From: Phoronis australis
Taxonomy: Eukaryota > Animalia > Phoronida
Length of the DNA: 64,000 bases
Direction of reading: 5' to 3'
Assembly: GCA_002633005.1 (NCBI GenBank)
Contig: NMRA01000315.1
Coordinates: forward strand, 164,452 to 228,451
Shown: positions 38,301 to 50,949 of the stretch, one piece after another
Position numbering within the stretch: the stretch's first letter is position 1
Layout of the letters: each line of letters begins with the position of its first letter
Notes under the pieces: generated by a model
Databases searched by the model: none
What the model saw: only the letters and a program-made list of their open reading frames with translations
Told to the model about the DNA's origin: nothing
Position numbers and translations under genes: made by a program

Positions 38301-40605
38301 TGTTTTATGGGGGCATACTGTGCTGCAGGCAGGAATTCCATCTCCGGCTGGTTTTCAGCCCTTATCCTGTTGCCCACATTTTCATTCACCACAACCCATC
38401 TCTCAGGAGTCATTTCATTTTAAGGAATACCTCCCTAAATAGTTTGACTGGATTTAGGGTTTAGTTTTTAGTAATATTATTAGAAAACGCCATAAGTCAA
38501 AAGAGGATATCGAACTAAAGATAAAATGATTGAAAAGTATAACAACTGAGAGTAAAGAACGAAAGAAATACGCAAAAGACTTACGCAACTCAGTTGAGCA
38601 CAGGTGGACCCGGAGGGGGGTCAAAGGGTCCGGACCCCCATTTCACTTGGTTTTATTGAAATCAAATCTAGGATTTTCAAATTGTTGGCTTGCACCACCT
38701 TCCTAAATAATCATTGATCCCATCCCCCTTTAAAAAAATCCTGTATCTGCCCCTGCTGAGTCGCTATTTAAGACTGTTTCGTGCAACTGGGCGCAGACTC
38801 TCCTGCTTGAATGTACAATGTAGTAAAGTGTGAATTTTCGAAACAAAGATCTGGACCCTTGTTCAATTTGGATGGCATGAGAGGGCAGTTTTTTAACACT
38901 TGCGTTGAATATAGTTGATGGTGTGGGGAAGAGAATCTGTTATTTTTTCAATCTTATCTTAAAAAAAAATTTTTTTGTTGCAATTTTTACCAATTAATTG
39001 TTCATTAATTGATACCTGGTATATTGGGTGGCGGCAGAAAGCTATCTCCGCCCCCCAACCTTTTGGTTGCGGGGCGCCCCTCCCGTTTTTGCTCCTACTT
39101 CTTCTTCAGCAGATTTGTCTTATGTTTATTACGTTTGCTCGAGGCGCGTAATTGAGTAACGTACTTGAAATATTTCGGTACGTTAGCTTACTGGCGTCAT
39201 TATTATTTTCTCTAAATAACAGAACGAGTCTCTTCAACAAGATGTTAACGTTGTTCGAACACCTACTATCAGTCTTCCAGTCTCTCATCCAATCTTTTTT
39301 TGCATTAAAGTCTTGTGATGTACGGTACCATTTGTATGCGCATTCCAATATTTCAAGCTGTCTGCTGTGTCTATGTTTCTGATTTTTTTCTGAGTTTCTG
39401 AGTTTATTTATTTCCTGCTCAATGATATAAATTGCACGAAGTTCCTTTTTTGGAAACATCTGTTTATGGACCGTAAAAAAGGCATAGTCAATACTTTTGG
39501 TACCTTAAACACTAACGCGGAGTTGTTTTTTTCTTGTGGCTGGGGTGCTTCACTGTTTTTAAATTAGAAGTTCATGAGACGAATATCACGTCTGTTGCAA
39601 CTTAAAACTGTGGAACGCTCATTCGTGCGATTAGCGTAGAGTAGACTTAAATTCACAATGATTGGAAATCGGGTTTAAGCACATACAATGAGGTTTGTTC
39701 AAAGTCAGTGATTTCTTTTTGCTTGTGGTGGTAACAACAACACCCAGTGTCGCGTCCATCTTTCATGGCACGCTGCCAGGTCCCGTCGAGTTTTACACTA
39801 CATATCATTTCAATCACCCTAAAATACTGCAGGAATGCTGCTGTGATGACATAGCAAATGAGCCAGTGAGCGTCCACGATGGAATTAACAAAATGCTGTT
39901 GGTTTAACCAAGGCGTTATGACCCGGATGTGAAGCCAAATCACCTGATGCGTAGTGTGACCGGTAGTCAAAAGACATACCTCAGCGTGGGACCGATAGTA
40001 CCGGTGGTCAAGTGTTATTTGGGGGAGTGACATGTTTTACAAAACACGGCTACAAAATACTTCTTGTTTAGGTTCAAAAAGATTAGAATACTTTAGGTTT
40101 TGATATTTGAATGGGTAAAGTTAAAGTCCGTGACAAGCAAAACGACGTGAAAACGAAAAATTGTAGGGTAAAGTCACTGGTCATATTTAGAAGAGTGAAA
40201 AATCTCGGGTTTCCGTCAAAAGCAACGTTTGATTGAGGCCACTAACTGTTAAGATCATGATCTAATCATGCTCTAATTAGCAAAGAGTATTTTTGTAGCG
40301 ACTGATTAGATTGAGTCTCTAAAGCAATTCATGTATGACCGTCAGAGAAATACCGGTAGAAATATTTTAACACATTTTAATTCAAACAAAAAATAAGAAT
40401 GCCAAGATGTTGCTTCGGAAGATCAAATACTCTTGTGACAACAGCTGGTGTTTTCAATCATAGAAAATAATTGATCATGTCTTTCAGAAACTTTTAAAGC
40501 ACAAACAAGTGACCAAAGCAATACTTACGTATACGATGAAGCTCGTGCTTCGTGAGCAACTGAGACAACGGCAAGAACCAGTAAGTATGTCAACGAGAGA
40601 ACCAT
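29348..40605 (-). CDS. Secreted four-EF-hand Ca2+-binding protein, paralog B (134 aa, spliced)
   Basis: Coding exons (minus): 40605-40529, 36846-36731, 32358-32224, 31137-31085, 29371-29348. Sizes 77/116/135/53/24 match paralog A; all GT-AG. Protein: MVLSLTYLLVLAVVSVAHEARASSYTMAMFRQDCVNWFANADVNNDHGLSYSEVSSKLMLADRNGDSVISYYEINNAGDVYIMIFNYLDSDNNNFVTYDEILAAFYVHEGNGDNKLALLEFFSFINSVFGTNLQ*. Confidence 0.9.
31940..32087. mobile_element. Small MITE-like insertion in an intron of paralog B
   Basis: Ends GGGCTGAGTTGCATAAA / TTATATGCACCTGGGCCC form imperfect TIRs; absent from paralog A (~14010). Confidence 0.5.
32458..34411. mobile_element. Non-autonomous DNA transposon with 8-bp TSD (P- or hAT-like) in an intron of paralog B
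   Basis: TIRs CACAGGCGCTCGAATTTT / AAAACTCAAGCGCCTGTG, perfect TSD ATGCTGGT (32450-32457, 34412-34419), subterminal inverted AAACATAAAG(G)TTGGACACT. Paralog A has the empty site (~14359-14366). Confidence 0.85.
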
Positions 40606-41800
40606 TTTGGCGACAACTTCTGAAAACCAGTATTATATCTATCTTATTTACATCTTGTCCACTAGGCTGGGCGGATTTGCTGTAAACTATTAAGTCGATG
40701 GTTTTCAAAATATTCACATGGGATTGACAAAATAGTTCAGTTGGGAACTAGAGACAATTTTTGTGTTCTCGACATTTCAAACTAATTAAGATACGCACGA
40801 TGTGATTTTCTCTCAAGCACACAAGATGACAGAGAAAGCCCGTTCTTTCAGATATGGGCAGCATACATACATTTATCCCATATATATGAAAATATGGCCA
40901 TTGTATATGTGACGTATTCAACTGTGATATACGGGAAAGAAGAGCCAATCCGTATATCACGGTAGAAGCTGTATTCAAGGGTAGAAGTCGTATTCCACGG
41001 TTGGTGTGCAGTCTGGTCGTGGAGTAAATTCGCGTGTACAACGCCAAATTTTATTGGGCTTAATCATTTGGGTTACCTAAATCATTAATTCAAGGCATCG
41101 TTCCTGAAAAAGTAGTCTTACTGCTCTAACAGCAGAAAAGATTTAGCGAAGAAAATTCCGACGCACGGTGATAAGGCGGCAATTTTTGGGCTTCGCTAAG
41201 TTTCAATCTGGGTCATCATCCATGTAAATAGGTCAAACTGAGTAAGGTCACCGGCTAGTAAAATCTGCCAAAATCTAATTCAAATCTCGTTGGGACTTTC
41301 CCAAATGAAATGAATTCTTGATAGGATATGGCAGTAGTATTCCTATGTATGTGAGATAACCTATATACAGTGAGTATAGAATTTTGATCTGATGTTGAAT
41401 TCTAAGGGAAAAGTATTAGGGTAACACACGCTCCTGTTGATGCACTCAGTAGTATTTTACAGCACACCAAGGAATAAGCGTAATGGTGTGAGTAGAGTTG
41501 TGTATCACGAACTTATTCTCAGACTTATTTTATTGGCAATTCCTTAAAACATTGATTGCGATAAAATAGCATTATGTTTTATTTTGGGCACGTCTGGTGC
41601 AGCGTGTGCCAAACCGACTGCAATAATAATTATTTTTTACCAAAGACACTGCGAGCACCTTCGTCAAACATATGCTGATATTAGTAATGGTCATTTTCTA
41701 AAATTAGTTTTTCTTTACATTTATTGTCTAGCTGAACGATACACAGAACACACCAGTTTCAAGCATGATGATGAAAGTCTGTATGGACATCAGTACTCAC

Positions 41801-41874
41801 CTATAACCACTGTATTTACTGCGATAACTTATTGTTGCCTTTTGTCATTGGTTTGCAAGATGGTTCCTTTTATA
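41801..41874 (-). promoter_or_regulatory. TATA box and non-coding exon 1 of paralog B
   Basis: Consensus TATAAAAG (41874-41867) and AG|GTGAGT donor at 41801/41800. Confidence 0.7.
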
Positions 41875-42076
41875 AATTTTACCCACAGCTGTCACTCCGC
41901 TGTAAGGGATGGTGGTCATCGTATAAGCAAACAACGTTTTCATTTCGCCATCTCTTTCCCAAACCTATTTAAAATACAAACACAACGATATTAATTTTGC
42001 TCTTGTTATACAAGCAATGGCTTAAATTTACTTTTCACAGCTGACATTTGCAACAAACGTGATTTGAAATAGCTTG

Positions 42077-42092
42077 GTGATTACGTAATCAC
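42077..42092. promoter_or_regulatory. Palindromic bZIP-type site (TTACGTAA core) upstream of paralog B
   Basis: Perfect 16-bp palindrome GTGATTACGTAATCAC about 200 bp upstream of the TATA box. Paralog C has ATTACGTAAT at the equivalent position (4534-4543). Function is inferred. Confidence 0.4.
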
Positions 42093-42119
42093 ATAGTGAA
42101 ATGGTGGTAAAATTATGAA

Positions 42120-42339
42120 CACCTCCTCATTTGAAATGAGCTTTTCTCAAATAAATGGGCTTCGAAAAAAGGACTTAAATTGAATGCTTAATAAGGTATT
42201 GCCCAGACAATACCACTCTTGCACATTCATAAATCGGTCTATCCTATATATATATAGGATATACCTTATTAAGTATTCAATTTAAGTCCTTTTTCGAAGC
42301 TCATTTATTTGAGAAAAGCTCATTTCAAACGAGAAGGTG
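42120..42339. mobile_element. 220-bp hairpin MITE upstream of the paralog B promoter
   Basis: ~80-bp near-perfect TIRs (CACCTCCTCATTTGAAATGAGCTTTTCTC...), flanked by ATTATGAA/ATTATGGA (8-bp TSD, one mismatch). Absent at the homologous site of paralog C (~4565-4575). Confidence 0.8.
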
Positions 42340-42567
42340 ATTATGGAATTCTATGATCCCAATGGCTCCAAAATGAGGACAATAAGGTCAAGTGCACACC
42401 TGCCTGATACCTAACAAGAGATACAAATCGAAATATCTGACAACTGCATGTAATCACCCTTTCTAAACCAGGCGGGTTGTTTCACCTGACAAAACGAAAT
42501 TCATTTGGTTCCTAGACTCGTGTATCGAAAATACCGTTCAAAATTTATGTATATAGGTATGCATGTT

Positions 42568-42568
<1 letters not shown>

Positions 42569-42620
<52 letters not shown>

Positions 42621-42665
42621 GCGTGTGCGTGTGCGTGTGCGTTTTCGTGTGCGTGTGTGTGTGTA
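42569..42665. repeat. (TG)n / (TGCGTG)n compound microsatellite
   Basis: Directly visible. Confidence 0.95.
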
Positions 42666-45600
42666 GGTATTTGTGTATGCATGAATATAATTAGTTTGGC
42701 AGCTGCTCCTCTTGTACCGAGATTTTCCTTAGATAAGGCCATCATACATGTATGGGCGTTTATTCGGAAAATTATGCCCAGTACACGCCCATGGGCGTTC
42801 ATTTTGTAATACAAGTTGTCGTGTAAAGTGTCCAGAAAGTGGAGGTGTTTATTTGGTGTTGCTAAAACGCCTGAAAATTTTCATTTTCCCAATACACGCC
42901 CTTGAGCTTCTAGTGAAAACCTCGGTAGGCAGAATACGCGACTGTTTTGTCGGTCGGAAGCTTTCATACATTGTTTATTCAGGGCGTGCTGCTGCTACTT
43001 CAACGAGAACTTCAATCACGGCCATGATTATTTTGCGCTGCCTCCTCGCGGCGGTACGTAGTGACTGACTTTTATTGGAAGTAAGAAATATTTAATTCAG
43101 CGCGTTGAATAGGCAGCGGTGCAGTATGCGTTAAATTAGAACAGAAAAATAACCATTTTAGAAATAATTCAGGGGGTTGAATATTTTAACTAATTCAGTG
43201 CGCTGATTAAGCAGTACTTCGCGTCGATTAAGCAACAGTGCGAGTTGCATAAAACATTTCAAACGCAGAAAGGCACTAGTTTAGGAACCCTGTGGAAGCG
43301 CTTGAGGTCAGTCGATCGAACACTAACGACTGACTTATCGGTCACAACTATTTAAACTAATCCGGTGTGTATGTTGTGAAAAGAAACTTCGTTACACTCA
43401 ACAAGTCTAAATCCTGTGTAGCCTCAGCGTTATTAAAAAGTTCAAAGCGTCGCTATACATGGCAGCGAAGACCATGAAACCGTAATCTGATAGCATCTAT
43501 TTGAAAATTCACCATTCGCGTGTCAAATTTCGTCCGAGGCTACTTAATTACATACCACGAGAACAAGTCGTTCATTAGGATGTTTATATTTGGCCACGTC
43601 GTAACAATAATAACATGGGCAGTTATCCTAGCATATTGTCTTAAACGTCAACCGTTATTATTGTTGTTCATGTACCTGTGGCAGATCTTAACAGACGTTC
43701 CTGACGATCGGTTGGATGTACCCTGTCTCAATTGCCCAAGATATGGCCCATGCACACCAGTACATGTACATGATCTTCTCTGGCGTTGATCGCTTAGCCC
43801 CCTTCTCCTAAAACTGGCTCTGTGTCTGATCTTGGGCAAAAGCGGGCTCTTCATATTGGCGCTGTCTGGAGTAATGCGAGCAAGAAAACGACTTTCGCCT
43901 GATCCTGACTGAGTCTTGGTGGACAGAAATTGTCTACTACATACAATGTAGCGGGTTCAGTCTTTAAAAGTCAGAGGAATAAATACTACTGCCAGTCCCT
44001 CCCATTGTTTAATTAGGTGAAGTTCGCTAATTTATTTTTCTTAGCTTTTTTACATCGAGTGGGGTCCAAATTTTCCTTTTTTATCCTTCGCAACCACATG
44101 CTATGCAACCATGAACTTTTCATCGCAGTTTGAACTGTATGGGACACGATATTCTTCAGGCACGGATATTTAAAGAGGCACGACTTTTTCTGTTTCCTAA
44201 GCCATTAGAATAGGTCACTGCACATTAGTAAAAATTTACTGGTTTTATGGTAAAAATTTTTTAAAACTATGCTTATACCACTTGTACGGTTGAAAACTCA
44301 TGTCTGCATAACATGGGATCTGTAGGTGGCGCTGAACATCTGTCCAACAAATACGAGATTGCCGTCTGGCGGTATAGTGAATTTCAATATGGCGCGGTCA
44401 CTCTGAAAATCAGGTACCTGTAAAATTTAGGAAATCTTAAGTTCCAAGGATGGTTTGGCTACCTGCTAGAGTGTGTGACTCGGACCCGCGTGTGAATTGA
44501 GACCTTTTGTGACCTGCTGCTTTTAACCCTATGCTACTTTATTTCTGCCTGAAGATTAGACACGACGCGGCGATTTTCGAATTTTAGTCATTATTTTATG
44601 AATTGCTGTTAAATCTCTTGCTGCTCTGATGAATATTGTTATCTGGACGATAAATAAATCAATTTTGCTTGAATAGCGGCGTTTCATTCTAACTTCAAAC
44701 GATGTTCCCATTTTCTAGATATCCTAGGGTGGGTATCTCGACGCCAGCGTACCTTAAGCTAGTGACTCCTTCATAACAACCACAAATCTCGAGGCTACAT
44801 TACGGTTATCTGAAGTAAGGTTACCTTAATGAAAAGTCTGAAGCTCACTTTAGCACCACCTTATATGTCGTTGGATAAAACGCTTGCAATGTACGACCAC
44901 TTATAAAAATCATTCCCATAATGTTGAATTTGTCATTGTTTATATGCATATTACTACTTAGCGTAACTCTCTGCTGTAGGAGCTAAATTTAAATCGATAA
45001 ACGCAGAGTATTTTTAGCGTATTTTACTGGTAAAATCGCCGGCCTTGACTTCAGCGAATGTCTTTGAGAAAACTTTTGGAATTGGCGAGGTGTAGTGAAA
45101 TTTAAAAAATTCAACAATTTTTTTTTGTTTTCCAGATTTAGTCAAGGCTAATAACTCCAGCAAGTCCATCCCATCAAAAAATATGCCAAAACGCAATGTC
45201 GGCGGTAAAATCGATAACGCCTTTGAAAGCAAGGGTGAATGCATTGCGAAAACTGAGTTTTTTGATCTTCTAGCTATAATCAGTTTCTTAATAGCCAATG
45301 GCTAGGAAAGTGAGAATTACTTCCAGAAATTTTCGGTGGCTGTTGACTGGCTACTCATCTTCCTCAGAAATGATTGCCACTAGGCGGGGGTTTTGGAAAG
45401 TACAGTGCGTTATCAATGGCGCTCGAGCGCAGGGAGCCTAACATACCAAGAGGTCGACAACTAGCTACGCAAAATACGTCTATTTACATCAAACATGCAC
45501 CAAGATAAGTGAACACAGATGACAGGTACCTACGTGCTATTCACAAGGTACTATTTTAAGAACTCCACCTACATGTAGTGGGAATCACTCCTGAGGAAGA

Positions 45601-48600
45601 TGTTAGCGAATCAACAGCCATCGAAAACGTCAAGTGGTAATTCACATTTTACATTGGATGGCTAGTAAGAAACTAGCTATGATATCTACATGTACATAAC
45701 ATCGTAATGAAGTTGTGTACTGACCTAGCTACAATCAGGATTTTAATTATTATGATTTTTGTTATGGAAGACATGATTAAAGAAGAGCTTTTGTATGTTC
45801 TCAATTGTCCATTTCAATATGTTGATAAATCAACGACGGATTTAAATCGGCTTGACATGTTTTGGCGTGTATTAAAACACCATCCTCAGAAGCAAAAGCA
45901 GTGGTCAAATCGCTAAGCCCAACAACACGTAATGGTACAAAGACACAGCCAATTACAGGGGGTCCATCGAAGTGGACAGTGCATTTTCTTCTGAGGATTA
46001 TGTTTTCATAAACGCCGAAACATGTCATGCCGATTTAAATTCATCGTTGCTTTGATCAAAATATGCTGCTACTTGTTCTCATGGAGATCCATCTAAAAAG
46101 CATTATGAATGTTTTCATGTTGTAGTTTTAAAATAGTGTACATGTTTGGTTAATTGACTTGCCCTTTTACAGAATAGCAATGAAATATCCAACGAATACT
46201 GTTTTAATTATTCTCCATACCCTTTCTGAAAACGCGAAAGTGACCAACTGGCTGATCAAGTCAATAGATTCCCTAATAAGGAAGATAATATTTTGCAGTA
46301 TTCTTAAATTTCACGAAGCCGTCTGCGTGTCCTCCTGGCGGTGAACAACCAGGCTGCTAAATGTTGACCACCGACTTCATAGCAATGTAGGTTTAAATGA
46401 ATAACGCACGCTAACTAGGTCAAGCAGACATCACAAACTTCTAAACGGAAACATAATCAAGTGGCAAAGGACCTTCCCTTTTAAACTCATTTGTTTTTTA
46501 AGTACGACGAGTTAGTATTCATAATTAAGAGTGATGACATGATATAAACAACAAAAGAAAGAGCTCCTCCCAAAACACAAACCAAAATCATGATTTTCAA
46601 AGATGGTGCTATATGTTAATGTAATAATGAGTGATAGATCAATATACGTGTAATGCATAACAGTGCAAAGCAATGTAGTAAAATGCAGTACATTGAAATA
46701 CTGGCTATTATAAGAAATACATGAAAAACAGAAGAGAACCAGGGAATCTAAAGGTAATGCCTCTCATCTAAAGTTCAAGTTTGATAACTACAACTCATTG
46801 GGTAGATGCACAAAAATACAACTTAAATCATACAAAACCACGTGACCTAGGTACAGCGTGACAAATGTGCTGTTCTTTTTAGGGTACACGAAAACTCAGT
46901 GTACCTGCGAACTTGATTTGTGTTCATTCTGTCAGTGCACCTACAAAACGGATGCAGCGTTTCAGTAATATTGTGCATTGTGAGCCAAACTTCACACGTA
47001 AAATTTGAACAAGATGAAAAATCAACGAAAGCTTTGTGTGTCGATTTTGTGACATTTATTCAAAGAATGCATAATTACATAAATTTATTATGAATATTGT
47101 ATCTGCAACGCGTATGAAATCTGAAAACTTTTTACATCGTTGAGTATTTTTGAGGTAGATGCAATGCGTACAGACACATGGTTTATTGTCATTCTGGAGG
47201 TAAAAAATATCAGACTCTCAAAAATTCCTTCCAATATTGACTATTGTTGTTTGGTAGTTTCCATTCAAAACACTTACCCCCAAACTTAGCGAGAGCTTAC
47301 ATCTGGTTAAGTTGATTATTTTCAACAAATAGGATTTTTTAAAATTATTGGAAATGTGTTAAAATTACATGAATATTTTAATAGTCTTACAGACGTTAAA
47401 CATTTGTCATTTTGATACATGTACCTCCAATGTTACGTCAGAACAAAATACTAACGAATTCATTCAATGTTATTGAAAAAGGCTTGGCATGGCTAGAAAA
47501 AATGAACAGTTTTCTACACAGCCAGTAGTTTGACCATTGTAATCTTCCCAAAAGTTGTCAGGTTTTGTCTTATTAACATAAATCTCGACATGATTTACAG
47601 TGCGTCTTGCAAATAGACTAAAAAAATCAACCCCCCCAAATAAGGTAAAGCATTTATTGTCCATGAAAGGCTTTCTTGCGTGGTAATTTTGTTCGGATTA
47701 TTTACTTCGCGATAACAAACAAAGCGTGCTGATAGACAAAGATTGACAATGTCATAAGGAGTCCTGCTTTCCTAAACGTTCTCTTCCTGATGATATCATT
47801 TCACTGTAGCCGTTCATCACGTGCTGTTCAAAGTGCAAGGGGTTTGATACGTTTTGAGATCCCATCTAGTGATTTCTGGCAAACAAAACTACACGAAGGC
47901 AAAGGTTTATATACAGGGCCGTTGGGAGTGGGGGACATGCCCCCCAAAAAAATTGCAGGCGTCAGAGTGAAACCGTGTCAATCGACATGGGTCCAGGGAG
48001 AGTAGAAAATAAAAGACTATGAACACGGATAAGAGAGAAAATTCAAGAGTACATTTGACTGACAACTCAGTATCAGAGCACCGTTTACTCTTTGAGGGCC
48101 CTGGCCAGGACATTGTTGTTAGGGTCTCCGTTTTTGCAGCATAGGTCGTCTAAACGTACTTAAAATCGTGCACTTAATTATTCATGCATGTATTTCGAAA
48201 AATCGAGAAAGTTTTAAATTCAATAAGACAGTTTTTCAAATGCAAAACTATAGGTTTCCAGAGTCCCTCTCTGACAAGAAATAACGGAGATAACTGTGGC
48301 TCTATTTTTTCGTTTTTTTTTTCTCGAAAGTGTATATCACATAAGAAAAATTGATAACCTGACAGATAACATCGATTGCTGCACATTTCCTGATCTTTGA
48401 AGATATGGATTTTTTTGATATTTAGGGACCCATCTCCTGAAGGGAACCCTTGATGATATTCAAGCAGCCACCCTTTCCGTATTTTTATTCACGTAGATAG
48501 GGCCCAATGTTGGAATCGATTAACTTTATTTTTTTGTTTTTCTGTGAAATTGTACAACCGGCTTTCATGTTGAGGAAGGTCTCTTCTTGCAAAAGCACGC

Positions 48601-48955
48601 GACTATGGAATGAACTATGGCTTTTTCCCAAGCTTTATGATGTTTAGCCTTTCATCTTCAGGCGTCCCATTTTAGACAAGTCCCTCTCTCGGTTGGGTGG
48701 TTCGGGAGAATTGTCCCTTTGTCCCTCTATACATGTACAAGTAAATCCGACACTGCCAAGTATTCACGAGGAGAAGTTGAGATTCTAAACACAAACATTC
48801 GTGCACAGCAAAGCAGTATCAAGACATTCGATCCAGACAACGAAAAATGTGAATAATACAATAGGATTGACAGTCATCGAAAAGGTGGAATTTTAAAAAA
48901 GGTGAAGACCACTATTTGTAAATTACACAAAAGGGCTATTTCCGATGGTTATTAA

Positions 48956-49540
48956 AGGAGAATGCCACCCGATTTAATTAGTCTTTATACTGTCTTAACT
49001 AGTCTATATCCAAATCACCTCTTATACGGTCGATCTAACCTTGCCGAGAGGTGTCACGTTAACCTGTGAAGAAGGTGAGAAACGACGCAGCCACGTCAGT
49101 GGTTCGTCTGCAGAGTTAATGCCGCTATGTTGCGTTGCATCGTTCCCGCTTGTCCGAACTAGGTGAAGCTGCGACGAAAGCGGGTATATCGTTTTTTCGA
49201 CATACTCGAGAGCCCGAAATGCTTAGGAAGTGGCTCGCGGTAGTGGAAAATGAAAGGTACGCTTTTATTAGCAATTATGAGGCCCGGTGAAACATCTCCG
49301 TGTCTGTAGCCACGAACTTCGTCGACAGTGATTTCTCTGAAGAATTCCGGCTTACCAAAGAACTATGCATACGTTCCGTTGTCCGTGCATGTTCACGGCG
49401 CCTCTCTAGTACTTCTTGATCAGTGTATTCCGGTTCGAACTGATAGCCTGTGAAACCTAACGATCCGACCCGTGCGTGAAGTCTTCGTCGGATGAGCTCT
49501 TGACTAAGTCGGGATTGGCGCCGGACAAGTTGCCATGTAA
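48956..49540. mobile_element. Kolobok-like transposon remnant: degenerate THAP domain (+) facing a YQFEPE-motif ORF (-)
   Basis: Begins TTAA|AGGAGAATGCC. Plus strand from 49127, with frameshifts: MLRCIVPACPN...GISFFRHTREPEMLRKWLAVV...KHLRVCS..FVDSDF (C2CH THAP pattern). Minus strand: SSSDEDF...GFTGYQFEPEYTDQEV followed by a GTAAG donor near 49355. Confidence 0.6.
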
Positions 49541-50949
49541 TCTGCGTTTTGTTTCTGAAATGAATTATTCTCATCCTAACCAATGCTTATGTAAAACTGA
49601 AACAAAGTCTGTCTCATTAGATACTATTTGTAATGCCTTTGCAGTATTCGTGAGTGCAATTCTTGAGAAGCAAGCAATGAATAAACCACTGCGTTCACGG
49701 CTTTTGATAACGGAAATGAATAAAGGTAATTGACCGGGCACCGAGGCTGTGTGAGCGCATGCTAATTCAGTGTTTGCTGGCAGAAAGCTGTTGTGAAACA
49801 ATTTCTTGATTTTATATGCTATGGCCACATGTTAGGTAAATCTTTATTTCGAAATACAAATACATTATTCAAGTCATTGTTAATGTACATGTACAACCTT
49901 TGCCGTGACGGTCTGTGGAAGGGGAACATGACTTATCGACACCCGACAAGTAAGTAGATTTTTATTTTTGAGGCTAATTCACGTAAATAATTACGTGCAC
50001 ATTATTTCTTTTCCCCATTATCAGTCTTGTAGTGGGGCGTAGGCGCACGTAGGCGCAGCCAACCAACTTTTGGCATATGAACGTAGCGCCCACGCACCGT
50101 AAGTTGCGTTCAGTGCTCAAGGTGATACGTTGGGCTATCGGCGCTTACTTACCTCTACTGTTACCACTACAGCACTGACAATTATAATCTTTTCGTGACT
50201 GGAGGTTTAGTTTCCAACTCAAGCTGGTTTATGTTCGCGCCAGTCCCGGCGGCCGCGACGGGCCTGATCGGGTTCCGAGCCACTGGCTAGGATAACGAGT
50301 CAGTCCGGCCGCGACGGGCCCATATATAATGCTTCGCGATTTCTGGGTTTGTCACCAGTTCGTTGTATGTCTTGTGTATTCTTCAATAAATATATATCAC
50401 TTTACGGGCCTGATCGGGTTCCGAGCCACTGGCCGGTATAACTAGCGTTTTGTGTGTTTAGAACTCAAAAAATCACAAGTCAAAACAACATAGGTTCTCT
50501 TGTCTGTATTTCACAGGAGAGTACTTGTACTTCGAATTAAAATCCGAACAGACTCCAAACTCTTCCTCTGGATCTTGGTAAATTGGCCTGCCGAACTCTG
50601 TAGGCTACGGTTTGTCCAAATACCAATAAATCCGTAACAGCGAAATAAAATAACACGTTTTTATAAGAACTCGGTGTATTTTTAAGGGTTTTACATCGAA
50701 GTTTGGGGATTTACTGGTATTAAACGATGAATTCAAGCGATAAGCTGACACCAGTTGCCCGTGTTATGAACTGCTGAGCAGACTACGTGTGAAACCAATG
50801 ACGCCATTGGATAATTTCAACACCTCTGTCTGCCGTCAGGTGTCAAGTAACGCAACCGAACGTGCCATTATCGAGCAGAACTACTCGATCCAAATTGATA
50901 CAAAATAGGTTGCTCGAAAAGTCTTCATTATTTTGTTTTATTAATATTC

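Noticed and set aside
42545-42814. His/Thr- and Cys/Val-repeat ORFs
   Set aside because: Translations of the (TG)n microsatellite.
45300-46030. Coding-like patches (e.g. ORF 45707-45916)
   Set aside because: No recognisable motif or consistent exon chain; possibly a decayed TE, but unsupported.
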